Positions 28,491 through 39,143 are shown, numbered from the stretch's first letter. The stretch is DNA of 64,000 nucleotides from Candidatus Kerfeldbacteria bacterium (GCA_016193315.1 JACPSJ010000001.1:155981-219980); one strand, 5' to 3'. Made by a program: numbers and translations. Notes: generated by a model from the sequence alone, not told the origin.

Positions 28491-31016
28491 ATGGGTAATA
28501 ACCCCAAAGATCAAAGCGGCCAGGAATGGACTCGGATCTCGTGGCGCCAACGGTTGAACACCAAGCTGTTGCTGTGGTTTTTTATGGGCGCCATGCTGCC
28601 CGTGCTGATCGTCGGTTTCTGGAGTCTCGATGTCGCCAGGCAGTCATTGCTGAGCGTCACGCTTCGCGACGCCCGGGTTGACTCACAAGTTTTTGCCCAG
28701 CGGACACATGAGTCGTTGGAAGCGCTGGCCGAGACAGTCATAGATCTTAGCCGCACCCCGGCGGCGGTAGGCCTGGCCAGGGCACAAGGAAACGAGGGCC
28801 TTGACCCGGTCGACGGCACGACCGTGGAGACGTGGGCCAATCGGCTGGCCGAAGAATTTCGTTCGCTGGCCGAGGAGGCTTTGGAGGAGGAAGAGTTCGT
28901 ACTCTACCCGATCTTCCGTTACGTTGACACCAGGGGGCAGGAAATGGTGCGTCTCGAGGTCACCATGGAAGGAGAAATTGAACGCACCCCCACCGACGAA
29001 CTGGGGTCGGTGACGGATCGCGACTTCTTTGTCGGTACTATGGCCGCCGGCGTTGGAGGAGTGTACCGGTCGCGGCTGGAATATAACCAAGACGTCGACC
29101 CCAAGGAGACGATCGGTCCCCACCAGTCTGTCATTCGATCAGGCACCCCAGTGGTCGACGACCGTGGTGTTGTTCGGGGCGCGGTGGTCGTCAGTCACGA
29201 CCCGGAATTCTTCCTCGAGCATTTGTATCCCGACGCCGACAAGTTCGGACCAGTTGACCTAGCCGCCATCGAAGAACTGAAATTGCTGATCGATGCGGAC
29301 GGGTACTACCTGCTGCATCCCGATTTGGACAAGCGCTGGGGCGGACCGCTGGATCTGGGGACCGGCATCAATATTAAGACGGAATTCCCGGCCATTGGTG
29401 ACTCCATTTTTGGCTCGCAGTTACGACAAATGGTCGACCAGGAATTCGCCGCCGCCCAGGTCCGGGAGCGAGTGACCGAAGGCAAACCGACGGTCGACGG
29501 GGAAATAACACTATTTTCCGACTTTGCCGTCCACTACCGTCCGATTTTCCCCGATCCGGACGACCGAAGTCAGTACTGGATCGAAGTTCATTTTCTGCCC
29601 GGCCGGCTGGTCATTAGTCCGGTCCGGGATCTACAGCGCCTGTTACTGATGTTGGTCGCCGCTTTTGCCGGCATGGTGATTGTCACCTCATATCTGGCCT
29701 CGCGCACCATTTCCCGACCAGTGACTGCCCTCCAGCGTGGGGTCGAGATCATCCAGGGTGGGAACCTCAATCATCGCGTGGCGGTTACGGGCCAGGATGA
29801 GATCGGCCGGCTGGGGCGAGCCTTTAACCACATGACCGCCAGCCTCAAGGACCTGTATGACAATCTTGAAGACAAGGTTCGAGCCAGGACGGCTGAGGTC
29901 CACAAGTTTCAACAAGCGGTTGAGTCGTCGACGGATGGGGTGATGATGATGACGCCGCAGGCCGAGATCGCCTACGTTAACCCGGCTTGGCAAAGACAGA
30001 GCGGTTTCCCAGCGGCGATGATCATCGGCCAAAACCTGGATCGGGTGATTAGCGAACACACACCACTTGACGTTCGTCAGCAACTCCGCCGGCACCTTCA
30101 GGAAGGTCAACCGTTCTTCTCCGAGGCGATTTTTGCCCGGCGCCAGGATGATCAGGAGTACCAAATTCAGCTGTCGATCGTTCCCGTCCACGAGGACGAC
30201 CGCGTGGTCTTCCTGGTCGGCCTGCAGCAAGACATCACCCAGCGGATGGAAGTTGACAAAGCCAAAACCGAATTCGTGTCCTTGGCCTCGCACCAGCTCC
30301 GCACCCCGTTGTCGACGATCAACTGGTACACTGAACGGCTCTTGGGCGGCGACCTTGGCCCGGTCAACGAGTCCCAGCAGAAGTATCTCCAGGAGATCTA
30401 CGACAGCAACCAGCGGATGACGAAGTTGGTCAATGATCTGCTCAACGTTTCCCGCCTCGAACTGGGAACGTTTGTCGTCGAACCCGAACCGACCGACATC
30501 AAGCGCATCATCCACGAGACGATCACCGACCTGACCGCCTTGATCCAGCACAAACGTCTGACGGTCGATGAGCAGTATGACCGTGGCTTGCAGCCGATGT
30601 CGCTCGATCCGAATCTGATGCGCCTGATCATCCAGAATCTGGTGACTAATGCCGCTAAATATACGTCCGAGGGCGGTCACGTTTCTATTATCATTAGCCT
30701 AGCCAAAGAAGGGCAAACGATCGAGGATCAGCGAGTGACGGTACCGAGTTTAGTCGCCCAAGTGGCGGACAATGGGGTCGGCATCCCGGCCGACCAGCAG
30801 TCAAAGATCTTCACCAAGTTGTTCCGGGCCGACAATGCTCGGGAAAAGGTGCCGGATGGAACCGGACTCGGACTATACATGGTGAAATCGATCATTGACC
30901 ATTCCGGCGGCCGAATCTGGTTCCGGTCGAAGGAGAACCGCGGCAGCACGTTCGTGGTCGCCATCCCGCTCAGCGGGATGAAGAAGAAAGCGGGTACCAA
31001 GCCGCTGACGACTTGA
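28491..31016 (+). CDS. sensor histidine kinase (Cache-HAMP-PAS-HisKA-HATPase)
   Basis: Two TMs, DEIGRLGRAFNHM, ASHQLRTPL, DNGVGIP, GTGLGL. Confidence 0.95.
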   Translation: MGNNPKDQSGQEWTRISWRQRLNTKLLLWFFMGAMLPVLIVGFWSLDVARQSLLSVTLRDARVDSQVFAQRTHESLEALAETVIDLSRTPAAVGLARAQGNEGLDPVDGTTVETWANRLAEEFRSLAEEALEEEEFVLYPIFRYVDTRGQEMVRLEVTMEGEIERTPTDELGSVTDRDFFVGTMAAGVGGVYRSRLEYNQDVDPKETIGPHQSVIRSGTPVVDDRGVVRGAVVVSHDPEFFLEHLYPDADKFGPVDLAAIEELKLLIDADGYYLLHPDLDKRWGGPLDLGTGINIKTEFPAIGDSIFGSQLRQMVDQEFAAAQVRERVTEGKPTVDGEITLFSDFAVHYRPIFPDPDDRSQYWIEVHFLPGRLVISPVRDLQRLLLMLVAAFAGMVIVTSYLASRTISRPVTALQRGVEIIQGGNLNHRVAVTGQDEIGRLGRAFNHMTASLKDLYDNLEDKVRARTAEVHKFQQAVESSTDGVMMMTPQAEIAYVNPAWQRQSGFPAAMIIGQNLDRVISEHTPLDVRQQLRRHLQEGQPFFSEAIFARRQDDQEYQIQLSIVPVHEDDRVVFLVGLQQDITQRMEVDKAKTEFVSLASHQLRTPLSTINWYTERLLGGDLGPVNESQQKYLQEIYDSNQRMTKLVNDLLNVSRLELGTFVVEPEPTDIKRIIHETITDLTALIQHKRLTVDEQYDRGLQPMSLDPNLMRLIIQNLVTNAAKYTSEGGHVSIIISLAKEGQTIEDQRVTVPSLVAQVADNGVGIPADQQSKIFTKLFRADNAREKVPDGTGLGLYMVKSIIDHSGGRIWFRSKENRGSTFVVAIPLSGMKKKAGTKPLTT

Positions 31017-31062
31017 TTTTTTGCCGGCCTTTGTCATACTTTCCCCCAGGCACCACTACTTC

Positions 31063-31482
31063 ATGACTACCAAAGCACCAGCCATGCCCCCGGCCCCGCC
31101 CCGCCAGCGAGTTCTCCTGATCGAGGACGAACTGCCGCTGATTGACGTCGTCAAAGGTAAACTCGAGGCCGAGCAATTCGAGGTGGTCGTGGCTCGCTCG
31201 GTGGAGCAAGCGCTGGCTAGCCTCACATCCGACGGCCAAATCGACGCTATTTGGCTCGACCATTTCTTGCTCGGCCGACAGACCGGATTGGATTTCATCA
31301 CCGACTTGAAGAAGCCTGGATCGCGCTGGCGCGCGACCCCGATTTTTCTGGTGACGAATACCGCCGGATCAGAGACCGACGCCGAGTACCTCCGTCTGGG
31401 GGTCGAGAAAGTGTACAGCAAAGCAGCCGCCCGTCTGGACACCATCGTGGCCGACATCAAGGCCAGACTCAAGCCCCACTAA
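31063..31482 (+). CDS. single-domain response regulator
   Basis: VLLIEDE, IWLD, TN and K motifs. Confidence 0.85.
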   Translation: MTTKAPAMPPAPPRQRVLLIEDELPLIDVVKGKLEAEQFEVVVARSVEQALASLTSDGQIDAIWLDHFLLGRQTGLDFITDLKKPGSRWRATPIFLVTNTAGSETDAEYLRLGVEKVYSKAAARLDTIVADIKARLKPH

Positions 31483-31485
31483 TCT

Positions 31486-31860
31486 ATGGACGGCAAGAAA
31501 GTGCTCATCGTTGACGACGAGGAGCCACTTCGTCGGGTGTTAGTCGACGAACTGGCCCAGCAAGGATTTACCGCTTTGAGCGCCAAGGATGGACTGGAGG
31601 GTTTACGTATCGCCAAGACCGAGCATCCCGACGTCATCCTGCTCGATCTGATCATGCCAAACATGGATGGACTGACGATGCTGGAAAAACTGCGGCGGGA
31701 CTCTTGGGGGGCGACGGCCCAGGTAATCTTGCTGACGAACTCGAGCGATCTCCGCGACGTTGAGCGGGCACTCCGCTTCCAAGCCTATGATTTCCTGGTC
31801 AAATCAAACTGGAGTCTCGATAACGTTGTCAAAAAGATCAGAGAAAAAATCAATTCCTGA
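31486..31860 (+). CDS. single-domain response regulator
   Basis: LIVDDE, ILLDLIMPNMDG. Confidence 0.92.
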   Translation: MDGKKVLIVDDEEPLRRVLVDELAQQGFTALSAKDGLEGLRIAKTEHPDVILLDLIMPNMDGLTMLEKLRRDSWGATAQVILLTNSSDLRDVERALRFQAYDFLVKSNWSLDNVVKKIREKINS

Positions 31861-31984
31861 AGCCCGGCGAAACGATCGCCTGACCGATGGGAGAAGAAGC
31901 CTCTTTTTGTGCCGCCGGCCAGGAAGTAAAACCAGCCGGTCATTTTATGGTATCGTGGGGGTACCAGTTTGAACATCGATCGTC

Positions 31985-32440
31985 ATGTCCATCATCACTT
32001 CCACCGTCAGTATCAACGCCCCAGCCGAAAAGGCATTTCACGTGGTGACCGACCCGAAAACGGCGGTCAAGCTTATCCCCGGCGCGGTCGGCGTGAGTAA
32101 CGTGCCGAAACTGCCGCTGGTTCGGGGTTCGATTTTCTCCTGGGAGTACATTCTGCTCGGCCTACCGCTCCGCGGCAAGTGGATGGTCGAAGAAATTAAC
32201 GGGCCGAATTTCTATATTTCCCGCACCACCGGCAGCGTTGACAGCCGCTGGATCTACACCATTATCCCCCGCGGGAAAACCTGCCGGCTGACGCTCGATC
32301 TTGATTATACTTTGCCGGGTTCGCTCCTCCGCCGCTATACGCTCGGCCTGGTCGAACCCCACGCCCAGCGGATTATTGACACCTACCTGGCGAGCTTGAA
32401 AGCCTTCCTCGAATTGCCGCCGACAAAAACAAAAGGATAG
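31985..32440 (+). CDS. SRPBCC family protein
   Basis: TVSINAPAEKAF..VTDP pattern and length. Confidence 0.75.
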   Translation: MSIITSTVSINAPAEKAFHVVTDPKTAVKLIPGAVGVSNVPKLPLVRGSIFSWEYILLGLPLRGKWMVEEINGPNFYISRTTGSVDSRWIYTIIPRGKTCRLTLDLDYTLPGSLLRRYTLGLVEPHAQRIIDTYLASLKAFLELPPTKTKG

Positions 32441-32463
32441 TCACTCATTCTTAACCGACCACC

Positions 32464-33258
32464 ATGCCTCGACCCCTGATCATTCCCGCCAGTCTCCTGG
32501 TCTTGACCCTGCTCGGCGCTGGCTGTTGGCCAAAAACGAAGACCAACACCAATTCGACCAATGGAGCAATTCGCCCAAGCAATGTTAATGATGCCACGAA
32601 TACCGGTCAGCCGCCGCTGACATTTACTTTTTCCGATCCCAAAAAGAGCGCCCACTATGAATCGAACACCCCGGCGCACGGCGCCATCCTGCCGGCGCCG
32701 CCAGTCAACGTCGTCATCAACTTCAATTTTGACTTGTCGACGAAGTCGAGCATCGCGATCAACAAAGACGGGCAAGAATACGGGACCGGTGAAACGACAG
32801 TCGACGGTAACAAACTTACACTGCGGCACGGTTTCAACGGCGACGCACCGGACGGTCTCTACACGGTCACCTACAATGCCTGCTGGCCGGACGGCAGTTG
32901 TCACGATGGCTCGTTCCAATTTGCCATTGATCGCTCGTCGGCCGCGTCAGCCGTCGACCTGACGAACCAAGGAGAAATCACGATTCGTCTCAAAGACCTC
33001 GCTTTCAGCCCGCGGCTGATCCGGATCTGGCGCGGAACGACGGTCACCTGGGTCAATGACGACAGCGTTGACCATTACATCAATACCGACAGCCACCCGG
33101 CTCATACATACTTTTTGGAACAGAATTCATCAGCTCTGAAAAATGGCCAGTCTTTCAGCCAGACCTTCAGTCGAGCCGGCGTCTATCCTTACCACTGCAG
33201 CGCGCACGCCGGATTCATGACTGGTACCATCATCGTCGAGCCGAGCGTGGTCGAGTAA
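32464..33258 (+). CDS. lipoprotein with CopC-like and cupredoxin domains
   Basis: LGAGC lipobox, AHYESNTP, YPYHCSAH..MTGTI. Confidence 0.85.
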   Translation: MPRPLIIPASLLVLTLLGAGCWPKTKTNTNSTNGAIRPSNVNDATNTGQPPLTFTFSDPKKSAHYESNTPAHGAILPAPPVNVVINFNFDLSTKSSIAINKDGQEYGTGETTVDGNKLTLRHGFNGDAPDGLYTVTYNACWPDGSCHDGSFQFAIDRSSAASAVDLTNQGEITIRLKDLAFSPRLIRIWRGTTVTWVNDDSVDHYINTDSHPAHTYFLEQNSSALKNGQSFSQTFSRAGVYPYHCSAHAGFMTGTIIVEPSVVE

Positions 33259-33306
33259 CCAGCGGCGGCAGTTGACAAGACAACAATACCGGCTCACAAT
33301 TCCACC

Positions 33307-33489
33307 ATGGACGGACCACAATCGTCACCCCCGGCTGGCTACGGCAAACGCCCGCGCTGGCAGTGGGTCGTCATCTACCTCGTCATCGGTGGCTTGGTGT
33401 ACGGCGCGATCTATTACTTCGCCTACGCCAATAAAGGCGGTTACCAGTCGTCGGGGAACGCAAACCAAAATAGTCGCAGCCTATACTAG
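33307..33489 (+). CDS. small membrane protein
   Basis: Single TM WQWVVIYLVIGGLVYGAIYYF. Confidence 0.6.
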   Translation: MDGPQSSPPAGYGKRPRWQWVVIYLVIGGLVYGAIYYFAYANKGGYQSSGNANQNSRSLY

Positions 33490-33505
33490 GTCCGGATCGG
33501 CTACC

Positions 33506-34045
33506 TTACTGCTTCCGAAGCGCGACGAACTTTTTTCTGAAGCTGGCTAGTTTCGGAGTGATGACCACCTGACAATACGGCTGGTCGGGGTTCTTGGCGT
33601 AGTAGTCGCGATGGTAGTCTTCGGCCGGGAAAAATTTTTCGGCCGGCACGATGGCGGTGACGATGGATTTGTCAAAGACTTTTTCCCGTTCCAGTCGGCC
33701 TTTGACCGCTTCGGCGATGCGTCGCTGCTCATCATCATGGAAGAAGATAACTGACCGGTACTGTTCACCGACGTCGTGGCCTTGGCGGTTCAGCTGGGTC
33801 GGATCGTGGGTCAGGAAGAAAACCTCAACCAGCTGTTGATAGGAGATTGCGGACGGGTCAAACTCGATCCGGATCGCTTCGGCGTGACCGGTCCGCCCGG
33901 AGCTTACTTGTTCGTATCCCGGATCATCCATCGTGCCGCCGGCGTAGCCGGGCATAACGCTACGCACGCCACGGAGTTCTTTGAACATGGCTTCGGTGCA
34001 CCAGAAGCAGCCGCCCCCAAAGGTCGCAATTTGTACGTTGCCCAT
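33506..34045 (-). CDS. msrA: peptide-methionine (S)-S-oxide reductase
   Basis: GGGCFWCTE, GRTGHAE, AEDYHRDYY. Confidence 0.96.
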   Translation of the reverse strand: MGNVQIATFGGGCFWCTEAMFKELRGVRSVMPGYAGGTMDDPGYEQVSSGRTGHAEAIRIEFDPSAISYQQLVEVFFLTHDPTQLNRQGHDVGEQYRSVIFFHDDEQRRIAEAVKGRLEREKVFDKSIVTAIVPAEKFFPAEDYHRDYYAKNPDQPYCQVVITPKLASFRKKFVALRKQ

Positions 34046-34059
34046 CTTTATTCGTGGTT

Positions 34060-34539
34060 ATGTGAAGACCTGGGCGCCGCGGCTCCTCGTCCCTCGCCAA
34101 CTCGGGACTTCGTAGCATCGCGCCGCCCGTCGCGTCGGCCGCGACAGAAGCAACCCCCACCGAATGTTGCAGTTTGTGTGTCGCTCATTTCCAACTCGAG
34201 TTATACAGAGACCGGGGTGCGTCGGCTCCTACGAAGCATCGCCGCACCCGTCTCGGCCGCCGCGAGTCAAGCAGTTGGCTCGCTCTCGCTTTCAGCGAGT
34301 CGGCCTCGACCCAAAAACATGCACCCCCGAAAGTCGCTATACTCCACAGATGATAGAGAATCGATGCAATCGTCTAGGCCTCGCCGTTCCTTCCCCCGCG
34401 GCAAGCTCGGGGTCGAAACATGCTCGGCCCGTCGCGCCCGGACGCGAGTCAAGCAGTTGACTCGCTTTCCTTCGGAACCGGGCGCGACCCAGAAGCCACC
34501 CCCACCGAACGTTGGGATATATATTTGTCGACGCTCCAT
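34060..34539 (-). repeat. three degenerate msrA 5' fragments, each fused to the GGGTCG/AACTGCTT element
   Basis: Minus-strand translations PTFGGGGFW, IATFGGACFW and TATFGGGCFC, each followed by element sequence. Confidence 0.8.
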
Positions 34540-34587
34540 CGCCGCAGTATAGCATGCTTAGCCAACGTAAGAAAAAACCGCGCTCGG

Positions 34588-34956
34588 CTATGAGGCGGTT
34601 CGTGGCGGCTGCTCGGCCAAGTCGACCAGCTCGAGTCCGCTGGCGTGGTGGCTCAGCCAGTGCGCCAGTTCATCAGCGCAGTCCAGATCGAGGATGGTCA
34701 ACCAGAAAGTGCTGTTGCGCTCGTCGAGACGGCTTCGCCCGTCCCATAGGTGGTTGACGGTCACGATTCCCCGCCCCTCGAGCCGAAAGGCACGGCCGTG
34801 GCCAAGGCGCAAGAACTCGATCGCGCCCAGGGGGTACGTGCCGTCGAGCGTGAACTTGATGGACCGTTCTCCTCGCACCGACTTCTCGATGACGACCAGC
34901 CACTGATTGAGCGAGGGGTGGGCGACGGTGGATCCGGCCTGCACTCCGGTGGTCAT
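34588..34956 (-). CDS. hypothetical protein
   Basis: AAGGAGG RBS; 122 aa. Confidence 0.6.
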   Translation of the reverse strand: MTTGVQAGSTVAHPSLNQWLVVIEKSVRGERSIKFTLDGTYPLGAIEFLRLGHGRAFRLEGRGIVTVNHLWDGRSRLDERNSTFWLTILDLDCADELAHWLSHHASGLELVDLAEQPPRTAS

Positions 34957-35065
34957 GGAAAGATCCTCCTTGAGCGACTGAACGGTAGTTCGTGATTATT
35001 TCGAACCGACCAGCCAACGCTAGCAAAACGAGTTGAGTGATGTCAACCCGCCCGGTCGTGAATTA

Positions 35066-35908
35066 TCACTTCCGCCCAGTGAAAATTCCGTAACCGATCA
35101 AACCCAGTTCGTAAGCGGATCGCTGGGCGCTGGTAGCCTGGAGCAATAGCTGTTCTTCGTCCGAGGCCAAGCCAAGTCGATGGAGAAAACGGAGGACCAG
35201 TCCGGCCAAACGTCGCCGCCGATCGACGTCCAAGACTGATTTAGCGATGGCCTGGGTTTGGTCGATGAATTCGAGTTCGTGAAAACCGGCATTACGGAAA
35301 ACAGCTTGCACCTCGTCAGCGGTGTTCCACCCGGACAGGAAGTAACCACCTGCACAGTCGCCGACCAGCTGGCGTTCGACAGCATCGGTCGGCCGTCGGC
35401 GCAAGATTCCATCCGACATCACGATCCGTCCTCCTGGTGTGAGCAGGCGGTGCATTTCGGTGAGCAGCGGTCGGAGGTCAGGATAGGCGTAGCAAAAAGA
35501 TTCGATGCCGAAGACCTTGTCAAAAGCCGCATTCGGGAAAGCCGTCCGGCGGTAATCCATTTGATAAAATTCAACCTGATCCTCGAGGTGGCGCTGACGG
35601 GCGTAGCGCTGGGCCAGACCGCGCTGAACGGACGACAGCGTGATGCCGACGTAATGCCCGGGGCCGTGCGCGGATAACCACAGCGCCGCGCCGCCCACGC
35701 CACAACCAGCATCGAGGATGTGCTCACCCGGCTGCGGTTCCAGCAGGGTTGATACTGCTCGGTACTGGTTGGTTAGAGCCTCGGCCCGATTGCGCGTGGT
35801 GGTGTCCCAGAAGCCGTAATGCAGACCGAGACTCTGGCGGTCTGAATAGGCCCAGGTAAACCACCGCTGTGTCCGGTCGTAAAATCTAGCTACCGCTTGG
35901 CTGTCCAT
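35066..35908 (-). CDS. SAM-dependent methyltransferase (sterol/tocopherol-type)
   Basis: LHYGFW, ILDAGCGVGG, GITLS. Confidence 0.88.
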   Translation of the reverse strand: MDSQAVARFYDRTQRWFTWAYSDRQSLGLHYGFWDTTTRNRAEALTNQYRAVSTLLEPQPGEHILDAGCGVGGAALWLSAHGPGHYVGITLSSVQRGLAQRYARQRHLEDQVEFYQMDYRRTAFPNAAFDKVFGIESFCYAYPDLRPLLTEMHRLLTPGGRIVMSDGILRRRPTDAVERQLVGDCAGGYFLSGWNTADEVQAVFRNAGFHELEFIDQTQAIAKSVLDVDRRRRLAGLVLRFLHRLGLASDEEQLLLQATSAQRSAYELGLIGYGIFTGRK

Positions 35909-36031
35909 AAGCCCGACCTTATCATACTCGGTGGTTGACGCCAAAGATGGAATGTAGTATGACTAGCCGGGTATCGGCCGCCTGGGCCGATGAGTCGTTA
36001 TCGCACACTCTTTGACAAGGGGGCACGAACC

Positions 36032-37615
36032 ATGAGGCAGCTGCGCGGCTTCCTCAACAGTACCTGGGTTGATGGTCAACCGAGCCGGACCAAACTCTAC
36101 AATCCCTCAACCGGCGAGGCAGTGGCCGAAGTTCTCGAGCCGTCTTCATCAGACCTCGTCGCTGGGCTGGAATTGGCCCGGACAAAAGGCGGACCGGAGC
36201 TGCGGCAAATGACGTATGCTCAGCGCGCGGAGATCCTGACCGGCATGGCCGAAGTGAACGCGGCCCACGCCCAAGAGCTCGACGAGTTGGCGATGGTCAA
36301 CGGCGGCAAGACCAAGGCCGGCGCCCAGTTCGATGTCGGTGGAGGCACATACACGCTCCAGCACTACGCCGAACTCGGACGCGGCATCGGGGATGCCAAA
36401 TACCGCACCGACGGCCGATGGCTACAGCTGTCCAGTCGGCACTTGCAGTTCATCGGCCAGCACGTCTGGGTACCGGTTTCAGGGGTGGCCATCGGCATCA
36501 ACGCCGACAACTTCCCGGCCTGGAGTCTAGCTCAGAAAGTAGCGCGGTCCATCTTGGCTGGCGTGTCGTTCCTGTGCAAGCCCGCTACGGCCACGGCCCT
36601 CGTGGCGCACCGGATGGTCGAGTTGTGGGTCGAGGCCGGTATCCTTCCGGACGGCGTTCTCCAGCTGTTCATGGGCGACTTCTCTTCGCACCTCGGCAAC
36701 CTCCAGGAGGATGATGTCATCGCCTTTACCGGGTCGGCGGAGACGGGCGGGCGCATCGCTTACCACACGCGGCGGATCGGCTATCGCTTCTCCGCCGAGA
36801 CCGACAGTTCCAACGCTGCTGCTCTCGGCCCGGATGTTCAGGACGGCAGCCCGACCTGGCAGCTGTTCATCGACCACGCGGTTTTCGCCACCACCTTCCT
36901 GACTGGCCAGATGTGTACCTCGCTGCGCCGGCTACTGGTCCCGCGAGAAAAGACTCAAGCCGTGGTTGATGCACTGGTGGCCGAACTCTCGAAGGTCGTA
37001 GTCGGCAATCCGGCCGATCCCAGCGTCACCATAGGGCCACTGACGACGGCCGACCGGCTGCGGGAAGTGCAACGAGGCCTTAGATTACTGCGCCAGGAGG
37101 GCCGAGTGGTCTATGAGGGTCAAGGATCGCGATCCCCGGTCGGGGGCACGCCGAGCGGCAACTTCTTCTGGCCGACGGTGGTACTCGTGAATGAGGGGAT
37201 CGAAGCCCTGATGTCACAGCACTTGGAGGTCTTCGGCCCGGTCATCCAAATCACGGCTGTTGATCCGAAGCCGTCAGTAGTCAGCGAGGTCAGCGCCCGT
37301 GGTGGCGGTAGCCTGGTCGGAGCCGTGTACTCGGACGACGTCCCATGGGTGACGGCGGTGGCCCAAGGCCTGATGGGCCACACCGGCCGAGTCTATGTCG
37401 CCAACTCCCGCGTCGATCGTAAAGCGCCGAATCCAGCCACCGTTCTGCCGCACCTGGTTCACGGCGGGCCCGGTCGGGCTGGCGGCGGCGAGGAACTCGG
37501 CGGTCTTCGCGGGCTCGAGGCGTTTCAGCGACGGGTCGCCTTGGAAGGTGACGAGTGGTTGGTCAACGCCGTGATTGGGACACCCAGGACCCGGGAAGCA
37601 GTCGCAGCGAGCTGA
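36032..37615 (+). CDS. aldehyde dehydrogenase, PaaZ-N / BoxD-like
   Basis: FTGS, ETDSSNAAALGPD, GQMCT, VHGGPGRAGGGEELGG. Confidence 0.82.
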   Translation: MRQLRGFLNSTWVDGQPSRTKLYNPSTGEAVAEVLEPSSSDLVAGLELARTKGGPELRQMTYAQRAEILTGMAEVNAAHAQELDELAMVNGGKTKAGAQFDVGGGTYTLQHYAELGRGIGDAKYRTDGRWLQLSSRHLQFIGQHVWVPVSGVAIGINADNFPAWSLAQKVARSILAGVSFLCKPATATALVAHRMVELWVEAGILPDGVLQLFMGDFSSHLGNLQEDDVIAFTGSAETGGRIAYHTRRIGYRFSAETDSSNAAALGPDVQDGSPTWQLFIDHAVFATTFLTGQMCTSLRRLLVPREKTQAVVDALVAELSKVVVGNPADPSVTIGPLTTADRLREVQRGLRLLRQEGRVVYEGQGSRSPVGGTPSGNFFWPTVVLVNEGIEALMSQHLEVFGPVIQITAVDPKPSVVSEVSARGGGSLVGAVYSDDVPWVTAVAQGLMGHTGRVYVANSRVDRKAPNPATVLPHLVHGGPGRAGGGEELGGLRGLEAFQRRVALEGDEWLVNAVIGTPRTREAVAAS

Positions 37616-37767
37616 ACGATCTTTCACTTCATCGAATGCCCCGCGCCAGGGAGGTGGTGCGGGTTTTTTCATATTGAGATCTTGAGACGCCGGTTGTTTG
37701 TGGTCACTCGGGATATCCGATCCGAGTAATCCCCCTGGTTATCGCTCAAGGTGACTACGGGGCAAGG

Positions 37768-38838
37768 TTACCTCAATTCGGATGGGTTGGCCATGTAGGC
37801 CAGCGCGGTCTCCTCACTGATCATCCCGTCGAGGTAGAGTTTCTTGATGTTCTGGTCCATGGTGAACATCCCATCCTCGGCGCTGGTTTGGATGGCGGTC
37901 TTGACTTGGGCGATTTTGTTTTCGCGGATCAAGTTGGCGATGGCCGGGGTGTTGATGAGAACCTCGCGAGCGGCCAGGCGTCCGCCGCGAGACGATTGCA
38001 TCAGCTGTTGCGAAATGATGCCGCGCAGGAAGAGCGAGATCTGCAGTCGGACCTGGGATTGTTGATACGGCGGGAAGACATCAATAATCCGGTCGACCGT
38101 TTGGGCAGCGTTGAGCGTGTGCAGGGTGGCCAACACCAGGTGGCCGGTTTCGGCCAGGGTGATGGTCGAGGCGATCGTCTCGAGGTCGCGCATCTCGCCG
38201 ACCAGAATGACGTTTGGATCCTGCCGCAGAACGTGTTTCAACCCTTGGGCAAAGCTCATGATGTCCATACCGAGTTGCCGTTGCTTGATGATGGCTTTCT
38301 TCGGGCTGTAGAGGAACTCGATGGGGTCTTCGAGGGTGACGATGTGGACCGAGCGTTCGTGGTTGATAAGGTTGATCATCGCCGCCAGGGTGGTTGATTT
38401 TCCCATGCCGGTCGGACCGGTGACCAGTACCAAGCCCTGCTTCAGCCGACACAGATCGTAGGTGATCGGTGGCATCCCGAGCTCCTCCATGGTGGGGATC
38501 TTGTTGCTGATCACCCGGGCTACCAGGCCGGCGTTGTTCTTCTCCCAATGGAGGTTAACGCGAAAACGCGAGAGGCCATGAATTTCATACCCCAAATCGA
38601 GCTCGCGCTCGGTATCGAATACTTCCCGCTGCTGGTCCGTCAGCATACTATAGCAGATGTCGAGCGTGTCGCGGCCGGTCAGCGGTCGATAGTCCTTGAG
38701 CGGGCGGAGTTCGCCGTTAATCCGGAGGATTGGCGGCAAGCCCTCAACGATGTGGACGTCAGAAGCGGCGTGGTCAACGCCGATCCGGAAGATGGTATCA
38801 ATGAATTTTTCGCTGGCCACCATGGCGTGCGTGTCCAC
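37768..38838 (-). CDS. pilT: type IV pilus retraction ATPase
   Basis: GPTGMGKSTT, EDPIE, LRQDPNVILVGEMRD, ETGHLVLATLHT. Confidence 0.94.
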   Translation of the reverse strand: MDTHAMVASEKFIDTIFRIGVDHAASDVHIVEGLPPILRINGELRPLKDYRPLTGRDTLDICYSMLTDQQREVFDTERELDLGYEIHGLSRFRVNLHWEKNNAGLVARVISNKIPTMEELGMPPITYDLCRLKQGLVLVTGPTGMGKSTTLAAMINLINHERSVHIVTLEDPIEFLYSPKKAIIKQRQLGMDIMSFAQGLKHVLRQDPNVILVGEMRDLETIASTITLAETGHLVLATLHTLNAAQTVDRIIDVFPPYQQSQVRLQISLFLRGIISQQLMQSSRGGRLAAREVLINTPAIANLIRENKIAQVKTAIQTSAEDGMFTMDQNIKKLYLDGMISEETALAYMANPSELR

Positions 38839-38888
38839 CCCAGCTTACCATCGTTTTGACCGACGGTCAAACGCGATGCTAGACTGGA

Positions 38889-39143
38889 TTGGTGAACGGT
38901 CCGACCGCACCCAACCAACAGCCAGACGTCCGACGCGAAGTTCGTAACCAAATCGTCACCCTGCTGCTGGGCGGATTGAGCCTGGTAGCCGCGTTGGCCT
39001 GGAATGAGGCAATTCTTGGCTTGTTTCGGGAACTTTTCCCGCAGGGTGGGGGACTCGTCTATAAGTTTGGGTACGCAATCGTGGTCACGGTATTGATCGT
39101 GCTGATCTCGACCCGGCTACGCCGGTTCTTAAACAAACAATAA
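38889..39143 (+). CDS. DUF5654-like membrane protein
   Basis: LVAALAWNEAI..KFGYAIVVT. Confidence 0.75.
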   Translation: MVNGPTAPNQQPDVRREVRNQIVTLLLGGLSLVAALAWNEAILGLFRELFPQGGGLVYKFGYAIVVTVLIVLISTRLRRFLNKQ

